Positions 12,162 through 35,300 of a stretch of DNA of 64,000 nt are shown here, one piece after another (positions within the stretch are counted from its first letter, which is position 1; the number at the start of each line of letters is the position of its first letter). The notes beneath the pieces are model-generated. The model was not told the origin of the DNA. It worked only from the letters and a program-made list of their open reading frames with translations, and ran no database searches. Source of the DNA: Sminthopsis crassicaudata (Eukaryota). The stretch covers positions 9,367,607 to 9,431,606 of the forward strand of contig NC_133617.1 of the NCBI RefSeq assembly GCF_048593235.1, in the 5' to 3' direction. Made by a program: the position numbers and the translations under genes.

Positions 12162-12270
12162 CAATCTAATTTTTGTGTTGGACCAGAATGTGGCCTGGGG
12201 CTCTCCTTGTGTGGCTCCCTCCCCCCCGGGAGCCCCCAGCCCAGGATGTTTCCCGGGGTCTTACAGCTAG

Positions 12271-12382
12271 AGCCGGCCGGTGAGGGTGGGGCGCTGCAGG
12301 GGCCGGCCGGTGGGGGGCGCTGCAGGGACCGGCCGGTGGGGGGCGCTGCAGGGGCCGGCGGGGGGGGGGGGGCGCTGCAGAG
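12271..12382. repeat. ~26-bp GC-rich tandem repeat, ~4 copies
   Basis: Unit GGCCGGCCGGTGGGGGGCGCTGCAGG. Confidence 0.85.
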
Positions 12383-14350
12383 GCAGGCCCCTGATGGTCC
12401 CCCCTGCTGGAGCCTCCTGGGGGGCGGCTTCTGCTTCCTGTCGGGGCTGTGGCTTTGGGTGGGGGCTGGGTGTCCATCAAATCAGTGGGAGGCGGAGCCA
12501 GCTGCTCTGGGTGGGTGGGGGCATCACTGCATCCTTGCAGAGGTCACAGGAGGCTGGAAGGCCCTCACTGCTCACCTCCATCTCCCACCTTTTAAAACAG
12601 TGAGCTCAGAAACGGAGGCCACTGGTTCAGGGCGGTCACAGCTGCCGCTGGCTGAACTGGCTGGGAACGGGGCCTTCTAAGGAGACCCGGGAGAGCTCGG
12701 TCCCTCTCCTTCCAGGACACCATCCCTTGGGCCCTGCTGAGGGAGCGCTCAGCACCCCTAGCTCTGCTTCAGACGGCCGAGGCTCTGAGAACTGGCCCGG
12801 CTGCCCTGAGGCCTCTGACCCCAGAGAAGCTGAGGCTCCCAGTATCTTCCCGGGGTGCTGCAGACGGGGACACTGAGGCTTGAGCATCTGAGGTCACGCA
12901 GCACATGGTGGTGGCTCCTAGGACGAGGAGGGATGTAATCCTTCTCCGGGAGGAGGTTTCCTTTTCTCTGTGTGCAAGTTTCTCAGGAGGCTTCTGGAGC
13001 CTTCAGCCAGCCTCTTCTTCCTGAATCCTGGCTCTGAATCTCCTCGAGCTTCCCTGAAGTTCTCCCGGGAAGTCTCGTTCTGCTCCCAGTTCAGACTGTC
13101 TCCTTCCAGACTGCCGTCCAAACTCAATCTCCCAGTCTAGACTGTTCTTCAGACTCAGTGTTGCCTCTTTTATCCTCGCAGAGAATGGGCTTGTGGGAAC
13201 TCAGGGGCTTGTGGGAAATACTTCAACCAATGAACATGCTCCTTTTAAAGGTTTGAACCAAAGGTGTGAATTCTGAGCTAGAGAATTGTTTCGACAACCT
13301 GAGTTCTCACCTTGTAATCCTAACAGAGGGAGTCCCTGCTTTGCTCAGAGCTTCCCCCAGCTCGCCTCTGCTTCAGAGCCCCCATTTCACTAACGAGAAA
13401 GTTGAGGGTCACAGAAACAATGACCCGGCCAGAGTCATAGTGTCCGAGGTGAGCCTCGCAGCGGCGTCTTGACCAGCGCAGCCTGGTCCCCCACGGAGCC
13501 TCTGGCATCCTTCCCTGTAAATTCTGGGCTCTGCAACCACACTGAGACCCCCTGAGGTGTCCTTACAAAGCAGGAGGACGGAGCTGGGAAAGGTAGTGAG
13601 CTCCCCGTCACTGCAGGTCTGCAGGGGCCCACTCAGCTCATGAGCTCCCCTTCTCTGTGGCCAGGGGTCCTTCCTTCAGCCCAAGAGAGGCAGGGTGGCT
13701 CCATGAACCCTGCCTCGGGCTCAGATACAAAAGAAGCCTGGGCGGAGGGCAGTCAGTGCCCTCAGCGGGTGACCCTGGGGGGGGGTTCTGTCCCAACCAC
13801 CCCCCTGCCCCCTCCCTCTTTGAGGCATTGCGGAAGAAGACGCTTTGTTTTGGGCGTGATGGTAAATAAATGGTGGATGGAAGGAAGGACGGAACAAGGA
13901 TAGACGGAAGGAAGGAAGAATAGAGGGAAGAATGAATGAATGAATGGAAGGATGGAAGGAAGGGCAGGACAGCGAATAGATGGGTGGGTGAATTAATGGA
14001 TGAAACGACCCCTCTCTCCACATTCCAGTGGAGCACACACCGCAAACCAGCGATTGGCTGTGAGCAGAATCACGAAAAGCCAGAGGCCGGAGCCAGAGCA
14101 GAGCCTTGAAGGTAAAGGTGAAAGATGAAGTGAGTACGTGCAAGGCAAAGGGCCCGGCCTGGCCAAAGGCAGAGAGGCAGGAAACGAATGCTTCTCTGAC
14201 CCTAGCAGGGACATTGGGAACTGCTCGGTCTTTTCAACTTTGAGCCACGCCTCCCGGCATGCCTCGCGTTCCCATCTGGCTCCCTAGACGGTTTGCCCGG
14301 GCATCTTGGCCTCAAGCACCAAGGGCTACTCACAGACAACCCATGAACTG

Positions 14351-14475
14351 ACTACAACTCCCAGCAGGCACTGGTCAGGTTACATTTCCGGAAAGAAATG
14401 GAGCGGGCCACACCTGCCCAGGCCCCACCTCCCAGCGATGCTCGCACCCTAAACTGGCCTACATTTCCCAGCAAT
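14351..14475. promoter_or_regulatory. LZTR1 CpG-island promoter elements: two ZNF143/THAP11-type SBS motifs and an ETS site
   Basis: ACTACAACTCCCAGCAGGC at 14351-14369, CCTACATTTCCCAGCAAT at 14458-14475 and TTCCGGAA at 14386-14393, 120-250 nt upstream of the ATG in CpG-rich DNA. Confidence 0.75.
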
Positions 14476-14512
14476 CACTGCGCACAATCTGTGCAAAACT
14501 CGGCGTGGTTAA

Positions 14513-26339
<11,827 letters not shown>

Positions 26340-27418
26340 CGTCCCCCTGGGGGCCGGCCAGTTGTTGGTGGCCATTGGCACCCCGGAGCGGCCTGGGCAG
26401 AAGCGCCGAGGGACGCTTGGTGGGACCAGGGCAAGGGAGCCGGCAGGTGGAGACCCCCTCACTGGGCTGTGGAACAGATTTGCACTCAAGGGACCACCCC
26501 CTTGTGCTGGAGCTCCCCGTGCACAAGGCCCCGGCCTCTCAGGACCGATTGACCGAGCCTCTGCCCAGAGCGTGGACGTAGACATTTTAAGAGACCAAAA
26601 GTCCTTCCCTGAAAGACCATTTGGGGCAGTTTTATACCTTGGCACCCCTCACCCCATAAGGTGTGCCCATCTCCCCCCGCCGAGCCTTGGAGGAAGGCTG
26701 GGTAGTCGGTAGCCTGACTGGTCCCCTGTCCTGGGGGTGCCAGACCCGGCCCTCTGCTCACCAGAGCCCAGGATTTGAGACTGAGTGACCCTTGGTGTTC
26801 GTGGGTGACCAGCCCCTCCACACCTTACTGTCCTGTGGCTGAGGGGCACATGCGCCGATGCTGCCTGTTTTCATCCTTCCAGGCCACTGACGTTTGTCCC
26901 TCCTGGGCCTCCCTTCTCAGGACTGAGGTCTACACAGAGCCCCACGGCTCCTAGGCCACTGGGACATGGAGAGGTAGTGGTGGTCACTGATCGGCCTCAG
27001 CCAGGAGCAGCTCTTGGGTGCCCTCTGGCCCCTCAGCTTCAACAAGAGGGGACAAGGGGGGGGGTTTGTCCCCAAGGGACTGAGTTATTATAATATCCCC
27101 ATTTCATCCACAGAGGTCACTTGGCCAGCCCTCTGGGTCAGAGCTGGCCCACCCACAAGCAGCCCTGACCTCAAGGCCAGAGTTTGCCTTCAGGAGGGCT
27201 CCAGAAGGGTTGCACTGACCCATTGGGCTGCATGCTGTGGTCAGTGGTTATCAAGTTTATAAAACATGCAAGGAGCCACAATGGCAGAGCCATGTGGCCC
27301 TGCTGCCTGGTTTTAGGAACAATGAGCAAATGCACTTGTTACCCTATGGCCCGGGCCCCCAAACTACGTGGGGAAACATGAATTTGGGCCTTTGGGTTTA
27401 ATTGAGACTTGTTCTAAG

Positions 27419-27428
27419 AATAAATAAA
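27419..27428 (+). terminator. Proximal LZTR1 polyadenylation signal (two overlapping AATAAA)
   Basis: AATAAATAAA ~1.08 kb after the stop codon; GT-rich sequence follows at ~27475. Confidence 0.65.
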
Positions 27429-27477
27429 TTTGATAATGGAATCTGGACAGGAGGCTCTGGAGAAGGGGTATGGGATG

Positions 27478-28830
27478 TGTGTGTGAGCAGGCTCCTGTGC
27501 TCAGTTCTGCCCCTTGCTATGTGTAAACAATCTCTTGTGCTGTTCTCTGCCCATGTGTGAGCAGGTTCCTGTGCTCAGTTCTGCCCCTTGCTGTGTGTAA
27601 GTAGGCTCCTGTGCTCAGCTCTTTTTGCTGTGTGTAAGTAGGCTCCTGTGCTCAGCTCTTTTTGCTGTGTGTAAGTAGGCTCCTGTGCTCAGCTCTTTTT
27701 GCTGTGTGTAAGTAGGCTCCTGTGCTCAGCTCTTTTTGCTGTGTGTAAGTAGGCTCCTGTGCTCAGCTCTTTTTGCTGTGTGTAAGTAGGCTCCCGTGCT
27801 CAGCTCAGCTTTTTCCTGTGTGTAAGTAGGCTCCCATGCTCAGCTCTTTTTCCTGTGTGTAAGTAGGCTCCTGTGCTCAGCTTTTTCCTGTGTGTAAGTA
27901 GGCTCCTGTGCTCAGCTCTTTTTCCCGTGTGTAAGTAGGCTCCTGTGCTCAGCTCTGCTTTTTGCTGTGTGTAAGTAGGCTCCCGTGCTCTGCTCTTTTT
28001 CCCGTGTGTAAGTAGGCTCCTGTGCTCAGCTCTGCTTTTTGCTGTGTGTAAGTAGGCTCCTGTGCTCAGTTCTGCCCTTTCCTGTGTGTAAGTAGGCTCC
28101 CGTGCTCAGCTCTTTTTCCTGTGTGTAAGTAGGCTCCCGTGCTCAGCTCTTTTTCCTGTGTGTAAGTAGGCTCCTGTGCTCAGCTTTTTCCTGTGTGTAA
28201 GTAGGCTCCTGTGCTCTGCTCTTTTTGCTGTGTGTAAGTAGGCTCCTGTGCTCAGCTCTGCTTTTTCCTGTGTGTAAGTAGGCTCCCATGCTCTGCTCTT
28301 TTTCCTGGGTGTAAGTAGGCTCCCATGCTCAGCTCTGCTTTTTGCTGTGTGTAAGTAGGCTCCTGTGCTCTGCTCTTTTTGCTGTGTGTAAGTAGGCTCC
28401 TGTGCTCAGCTCTGCTTTTTCCTGTGTGTAAGTAGGCTCCCATGCTCTGCTCTTTTTCCTGGGTGTAAGTAGGCTCCCATGCTCAGCTCTGCTTTTTGCT
28501 GTGTGTAAGTAGGCTCCTGTGCTCAGCTCTTTTTCCTGTGTGTAAGTAGGCTCCCGTGCTCTGCTCTTTTTGCTGTGTGTAAGTAGGCTCCTGTGCTCAG
28601 TTCTGCCCTTTCCTGTGTGTAAGTAGGCTCCTGTGCTCAGCTCTTTTTGCTGTGTGTAAGTAGGCTCCTGTGCTCTGCTCTTTTTCCTGGGTGTAAGTAG
28701 GCTCCCATGCTCAGCTCTGCTTTTTGCTGTGTGTAAGTAGGCTCCTGTGCTCAGCTCTGCCCTTTGTTGTGTGTAAGCAGACTCCTATGCTTAGCTGTGC
28801 ACTTTGCTGCAAGTAGGCTTCTGTGCTCAG
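27478..28830. repeat. 35-41-bp (modal 37) minisatellite, ~35 copies, between LZTR1 and THAP7
   Basis: Unit GTGTGTAAGTAGGCTCCTGTGCTCAGCTCTTTTTGCT; 31 copies contain GTAAGTAG (27597-28740); degenerate units at both edges. Confidence 0.98.
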
Positions 28831-29327
28831 CTCTGCCCTTCCTGCGCTGGTGCCCCTGGCCTAGTCACTTGCTCTCTGGCTCTCATGGACCTGGCTGACC
28901 TTTGGCCAAATTCCCCTAAGGCTGGAGGCAGAGGCCAGGCACTCAATAAATGGCGGAGGAGCTGGGTCTCCAGTGTCTTTACTGGCCACTAGGAACAGTT
29001 TGACATGAGAACAGAGGGACCAAGGCCCCGGCTTCTGGCTGGCTTTTCCCTCCTGACTCCCAGAACAGGTCGCAGTGTGAGAGGGGAGGGGTGGGTGCTC
29101 CTGGGACACAGCCCCAAGCCCTGCCTCGGACCTGGACCTGGCAGGCAGACAGACTGCACATGGAGGTGGCGGGAGGAGCCGGGCCAAATGGGATTCCCAA
29201 ACCACCAGAAACACTATAGAGCCACAGCCAGACACTGGTGGTGCCCAGGAGGCCGCAGCCAGGCCCTCATGCCGTAGGGTGGGTCCCCTCTTCGTCCAAT
29301 CCTCCCAGTGTGCCTGCCTGGGTCCCT

Positions 29328-32300
29328 TCACTGCAACTCCAAGCCCTGTAGGTGCTCCTTCAGGGCCTGCCGGGCATCTGCCTGGCTGCGTTTCTCGCGC
29401 GCCCGCTCCTGCTGCAGCCGCGCGATCCGCAGCCGCAGCCGCTGCTCCCTCCGTTTGCAGGCCTGCAGCTGGCGCTGGGCTTTGTCCAGGGCGTCCAGGG
29501 CCGCCTCAGCCCGCCGCTTCCACAGCAGGGCACTGCCCACCTGGTAGCTGTGCTCATTCTGGATGTAGGCCCCAGCAGGGGGCGGCAGTCGCAACATGTA
29601 GGCGGAAGGGGACACGGGCCGGGCCTCCGAGGGCGAGGGTGAGGGCTCCCGCTCCGGGGATGGCGGGGTGCCGCAGCTGGCTTCTTCCCCATGGGGCTCC
29701 AGGGGCTCCAGGAGGTCAGAAAAAGGGCTCACCAGGCCACTGGGGGCTGGTGAGGGAGGCAGAGCCGGCAGGCTCCCGGGGGCAGCGGGGCCTTCGGGGG
29801 TGGGCAGCTCGTCCCCGGGGAAGCAGGGGATGTCGGCCGGGGTGGACCCATTCGTGGGGGGAGGAGGGGCCCGACCTGTGGAGCAGCTGTGGAAAAAACC
29901 AGCAAAGAGGAGATGCAGGGACTCGCCCAATGTGGTCATTTTGCAGATGGGGAGACTGAGGCCCAGGGCGATGCTGACCCGGGACCCTGGAGTCTCCCAC
30001 TACCCCACCCTGGTCCCTCCCCGTGGTCCCTGGAGGGAGACGTACCGGCGCCTGCGTCTTCGGAGCTGGGTAAGGTCGGGAGAGCTGGGGTGGTAGCCGT
30101 GAGCCTTGGCCTTTGAGGTCCGCCGTAGCTTGGAGAAGGACTCGAAGATGGTGGGGACGGCGCCTTCCTTCAGCCGGTGGTAGCCACTGGGAGGAGAGCC
30201 AGCCTGAGTCCCGCAGCCCTCTTGCGGGCAGCCCCCTCCCCTGGACCCAAGGAAAGCTCTGCAGGGCTCCTACCTGAAGCCCACCAGCTCAAAGCAGTTC
30301 TCCTCAAAGTGCTTGGAGCAGAAGTAGATGTACTCGGACGCCGGGTCCCAGAGTCCCTGCCCGCTAGGGTCCAGTCGCCGGCAGTTGGCCAGCCAGAGTC
30401 CTCGCCGAGGGTTGTCCTTCTTGGGTAGCCTGAGAGGAGACCCATCCCACTTAGGGAGGAAGGGACAGCCGGGGCTGCCTCCCCCCCCCCCGAACCTCCA
30501 GGAGAGCCAACTTTCTCATTTGGCAGTTGAGGGACCTGGGGCCCTGAGACTGGAGGGGAGCCACTGAGGGCTCCCCTCTCCACCAGTGGGGGAGACGTGA
30601 TGCTGACATCCCAAACTCTCCTGTTGTGGAAGAAGCAGAGGCACAAGGTGGGCTGGGAGATCTTGGCCTGAAAAAAGGACTAAGATTGAAGGTAAATCAA
30701 CACATCTAGGTTCACATCTTTGTTTTTTCCTCTCATGGTTTTCCCCTTTTACTTTGACTTTCCTCTCAACATGATTCATAAAGTTATGTGTATTAAAAAT
30801 AAATAAATACATTTTTTACAATGTTAAATAGAATTCTTGCAGGATTCATCAGTGAAATCTTGGTAAGATTTTTTGAAAATACATTGGGAGCTCGTCCAAG
30901 ATCCAGACTTTTTTTTTTTTTTTTTGGTGGGGGGGAATGGATGGCCAATGTCCCAGAATGGGAAGATGTGTTCCACTGATTTCAATGGTCTTGTGGATCA
31001 GCTATAGGTGTCCTTGGCCACAGATTGTTCAAGATTCTAGGACCATGTTGGTGAGACCACGGAAGAATCCAGGAAGTCAGGAAAGGAAAAGGGAAGGTAC
31101 GGCAGGAACGGCCAAGGGCAAGAAGTCCTACTCTGGCCCCAACTCTCTGGGGATAGCTGTCTAGGTCAAGGAAGGTGCAGAAAACAAGGGAAGCCCTGCA
31201 GAGGTTTCTCCCAGCAGTCCCTTGGGAGGCCAGAAGGTGTCTGCCCTCAGCAGGAGGCAGAGCAGGGCTATTAGGTGAGGCAGGTGTGAGCAAAGTCAAC
31301 TACCAGATGGTCAAGAAAGCAGATGTTTTACTTGCCGTGTCTACCATGGCCTTCTCATTCACCATTCTCTTAAAACCGTCCAAATTTAAGCACTTTGAAA
31401 GTCAGTTAGGTCCTGTACTGGGACAGCTGTTTTAATGGGAGAATTATTTTCAGAAAAGGCAGCTTCAGTGCAAAGTGATGTCTATGTTTTCATGTCACTG
31501 GGATTCTTTTAAAATAGATAGTTGCGGGGTTTTGTCGGTCTTGGACAATCTCCATATTACGATCTTTTGTATTTTGTCTGGGAAATGCCCCTGATGGGCA
31601 GGCTGGCTAGAGTGCATGAAGGGATTCTACTGACACTTGGGGTTTGTTTTCCCCAGAGGTCCTGAACTTTGTTAGCTTTATGTATTATGCTGAAAGCAAA
31701 AGAAGTGGCTTGGGTTTTGTTTTAGAAATGTTGTGAACACATCAATTCCCCCCTCCAAGAGAACCAGATTACAGTTGAATTTCTCCCCCCTCCTCATATT
31801 AATCAATTTGAGTAAACAATATTTCTGAGTCAGGCATATACTCGAACGACTAGTATTTGATAATATTTTCATAATAGGCAATGGTTGGGGCAGCTAGGTG
31901 GCGCAGTGGGGAGAGCACCAGCCCTGAAGTCAGGAAGACCTGAGTTCAAATCTGGCCTCAGACATTTAACACTTCCTGTCTGGGCAAGTCACTTAACCCC
32001 AATTGCCATAGGGGGGAAAAAAGCAATAATTGCCATGGACATAATGAAATTATGGCTAAGCTTTCTAATGAGAAAAGAGAACTTGCCTCATACAATTTAA
32101 TTTTGATAATTAATAGACAGGAGTTACCTATCTTTCAGATTGTCATAATGATGTGGTACAAATATTACAAGTTATTATAAGACAGAAATATCTGTTTCAT
32201 TTAGTAAAATTAAAAGCAGATCTGTGGTTTGTATTTAGAAGTGTTCATCTTATGTAAAGATACTCATTTGTTCCAGTGTTTTGATTACTTAAGCTCTCTT

Positions 32301-35300
32301 TGCCTCCTGATTAGCCACAAATCAGAAAACAGCTATTATTATGTAGAAATTAATACAGCTGTACAAACAAAACTAATGCAAATAAGATTGGAAGGGAAAC
32401 AATAAACTGGGAAAACATTTTTACAGTCAAAGGTTCTGATAAAGGTCTCATTTCCAAAATATATAGAGAATTGACTCTAATTTATAAGAAATCAAGCCAT
32501 TCTCCAGTTGATAAATGGTCAAAGCATATGAATAGACAATTCTCAGATGAAGAAATTGAAACTATTTCTAGCCATATGAAAAGATGCTCCAAGTCATTAT
32601 TAATCAGAGAAATGCAAATTAAGACAGCTCTGAGATACCACTACACACCTGTCAGATTGGCTAGAATGACAGGGAAAGATAATGCGGAATGTTGGAGGGG
32701 ACGTGGGAAAATTGGGACACTGATACATTGTTGGTGGAGTTGTGAAAGAATCCAGCCATTCTGGAGAACAATCTGGAACTATGCCCCAAAAGTGATTAAA
32801 CTGTGCCTACCCTTTGACCCAGCAGTGTTACTACTGCTTTATATCCCAAAGAGATCTTAAAGAAGGGAAAGGGACCTGTATATGGAAGAATGTTTGTGGC
32901 AGCCCTCTTTGTGGTGGCCAGAAACTGGGAACTATGTGGATGCCCATCAATTGGAGAATGGCTGAATAAACTGTGGTATATGAATGTTATGGAATATTAT
33001 TGTTCTGTAAGACATGACCAGCAGGAGGATTTCAGAAAGACCTGGAGAGACTTCCATGAACTGATGCTGAGTGAACCGAGCAGAACTAGGAGATCATTAT
33101 ACACTTATACTATATGATGATTAATTCTGATGGACCAGGCCTCTCCAACAATGAGATGAACCAAATCAGTTCCAATAGAGCAGTAAGGAACTGAACCAGC
33201 CACACCCAGAGAAAGAACTCTGGGAGATGACTATGAACCACTACATAGAATCCCAGTCCCTCTAATTTTGTCCACCTGCATTTTGGATTTCCTTCACAGG
33301 CTAATTTTACACTATTTCAAAGTCTGATTCTTTTTGTACAGCAAAACAACTGTTTGGACATGTATACGTACGTATATTGTATTTAACTTATACTTTAACA
33401 TATTGAACATGTATTGGTCAACTTGCCAGGGGTGGAGGGGGGGGAAGGAGGGGAAAAATTAGAACAAAAGGTTTGGCAACTGTCAATGTTGTAAAGTTAC
33501 CCATGCATAGATCTGGTAAATAAAAACTATTAAAAAAAAAAAAAAAAAAGAATACAGCTTCTTCACTTTTACACAAGAAGCTTGAGTCTTCACTGCTTTT
33601 TCAGCAGGGAGATGTCCCACACAATCTAGGATTGAGTAAATATTAGGGTGGTCTGGGATTATAACCACCCACGAGTGCATAAAGATATGCACAAGTCTGT
33701 TGTCAGGAACAGACAAGTAATAAATAGAATATTTACAAGAAACTCTACGGGAGAAGGAGTAGGATGGGGTTTAGAGAAATAAGATGCTGGAGGAGAGGAG
33801 ACTTCTGTTAAGGAGCATGCCCAGGTGAAGGGGCAGGTCAGTTCTCGGAGAGCCTCCACTGCTGTAAATCATAAACCTGAAGGCGTTACAAAGCAGCCTT
33901 CACAGATGTTCCTCGTGGACTGGGAATGAAATAAATTGGAGACAAGAGGGAAGAGGTCAAACAACGCAAGGGCCTCTCGGTCTCCTGGTATCATCATCGC
34001 CTCTCACAGGAAGAGATCCGTTCTCCAAGTCTGAGTCAGACCTCCCGCAGCCACTGGCAGGTGGCTCCCATATCCCAACACTTCTCCAAGAAACACTCCA
34101 CTAAAAGGAGGTGAAAATAGGAGGTGAAAAGAGGTACGTGGAAACATGGGAAGGAATCAATCTGTCCTACACAGAAAGGACAGACATGTCAATGCCCATC
34201 GCTGAGTGGGGCTCACTCAGCTGAATTACAAGTTTGAAGAGGTCCATTCAGTAAGGCGGGAGGCCCAGCAGTCTCCCCCAGCTGTAGGGGGATAAATAGA
34301 TGGCACAGAGAAAAGAGAACCCTACAGTGGGAGGATTCACTGCCATTTTACCCCGAGAGCCATGCGGGAAGCCCCGTGGCTTACTGCCATTTCAAATAGT
34401 TGTGGGGAGTCTAGGAGAGGGGGGTTTCATGGGAAAGAGTAGTTTTCTCCCCAAAACGAACTTTAATAGATGTGTGCTGTCTGCAAGCGGGATTTTCGAA
34501 TCCCCAATACTGAAATATCGCTACTAGAAGTTGGAATCTGTATTTGATTTTGAGCTTTGGAGAAATGGCGTATTGTGCAATTAGCGGAGTTACGTACAGC
34601 TGAATGGTGCCGGGGAGTCTCGCCCAAAGGGGTTTGGCTGTTCTCAATTTGGGTTTGTCTCGTTTTATCCCTCGGACGAAGAGACTGTCTCGGAGGCAGA
34701 GACGTGATGGGGGAAGCAGGTGGAGGAAGGCGGCTGCAGCGCATGCAGTTTTGGTCGATGAGGGGGAACGAGGGAGGAAGTGGGGGGGCTGCCCCTCCTC
34801 CCCCTTTGCTGGGCTCTCCCAATGCGAGAAAAAGAAAGTAGGTGGTGCCAGTTAGCCCGGTTCCATGGGCACAAAGGGGTTCGAGAGTTCGTAAACTTGT
34901 GGGAAAACAGAAAATACGCTGAACACCCAGTTAGAATTTAGAGGTGAAAACCCGCGATCCTGCTAATTAAGTCACTTGGGTTGTCACAATAGTGGAACTT
35001 AAAATTAACTGCTGTGGGGGGAAAGAGCAGAGCGCGCGCACCTCCGAGGGGGGCTGGGGCAGGCGGGGCAGGCAGGCCCCGCCCCTGCTTCGGGGCCTGC
35101 TGGTTCCCCCCAATTTGAAAACTTGCGTGTTTCTAGTAACATTCTGTGAGCAAGGGAAGAGAGCCTTGGGAAGAGCGCTTGGGTCCCCAAAGGGAACGGG
35201 CCTCCCTACGAAGCCCTCTCCACAAGACGGAGAAAACTCGCGGAGGGGAAACCACAGAAAAGCGTCAAGCGGAAGGCTGTTTTCGCGGGCCGTACCGCAG

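Noticed and set aside
31887-31960. tRNA-like A and B boxes
   Set aside because: They are SINE heads continuing into the CORE domain, not tRNA genes; no tRNA, rRNA or snoRNA was recognisable in the window.
33560-34900. Unassigned sequence in THAP7 intron 1 as a retrogene or viral insert
   Set aside because: Only short ORFs with no recognisable homology, LTRs or TSDs; a BLAST/Dfam search is needed and I cannot support a call.
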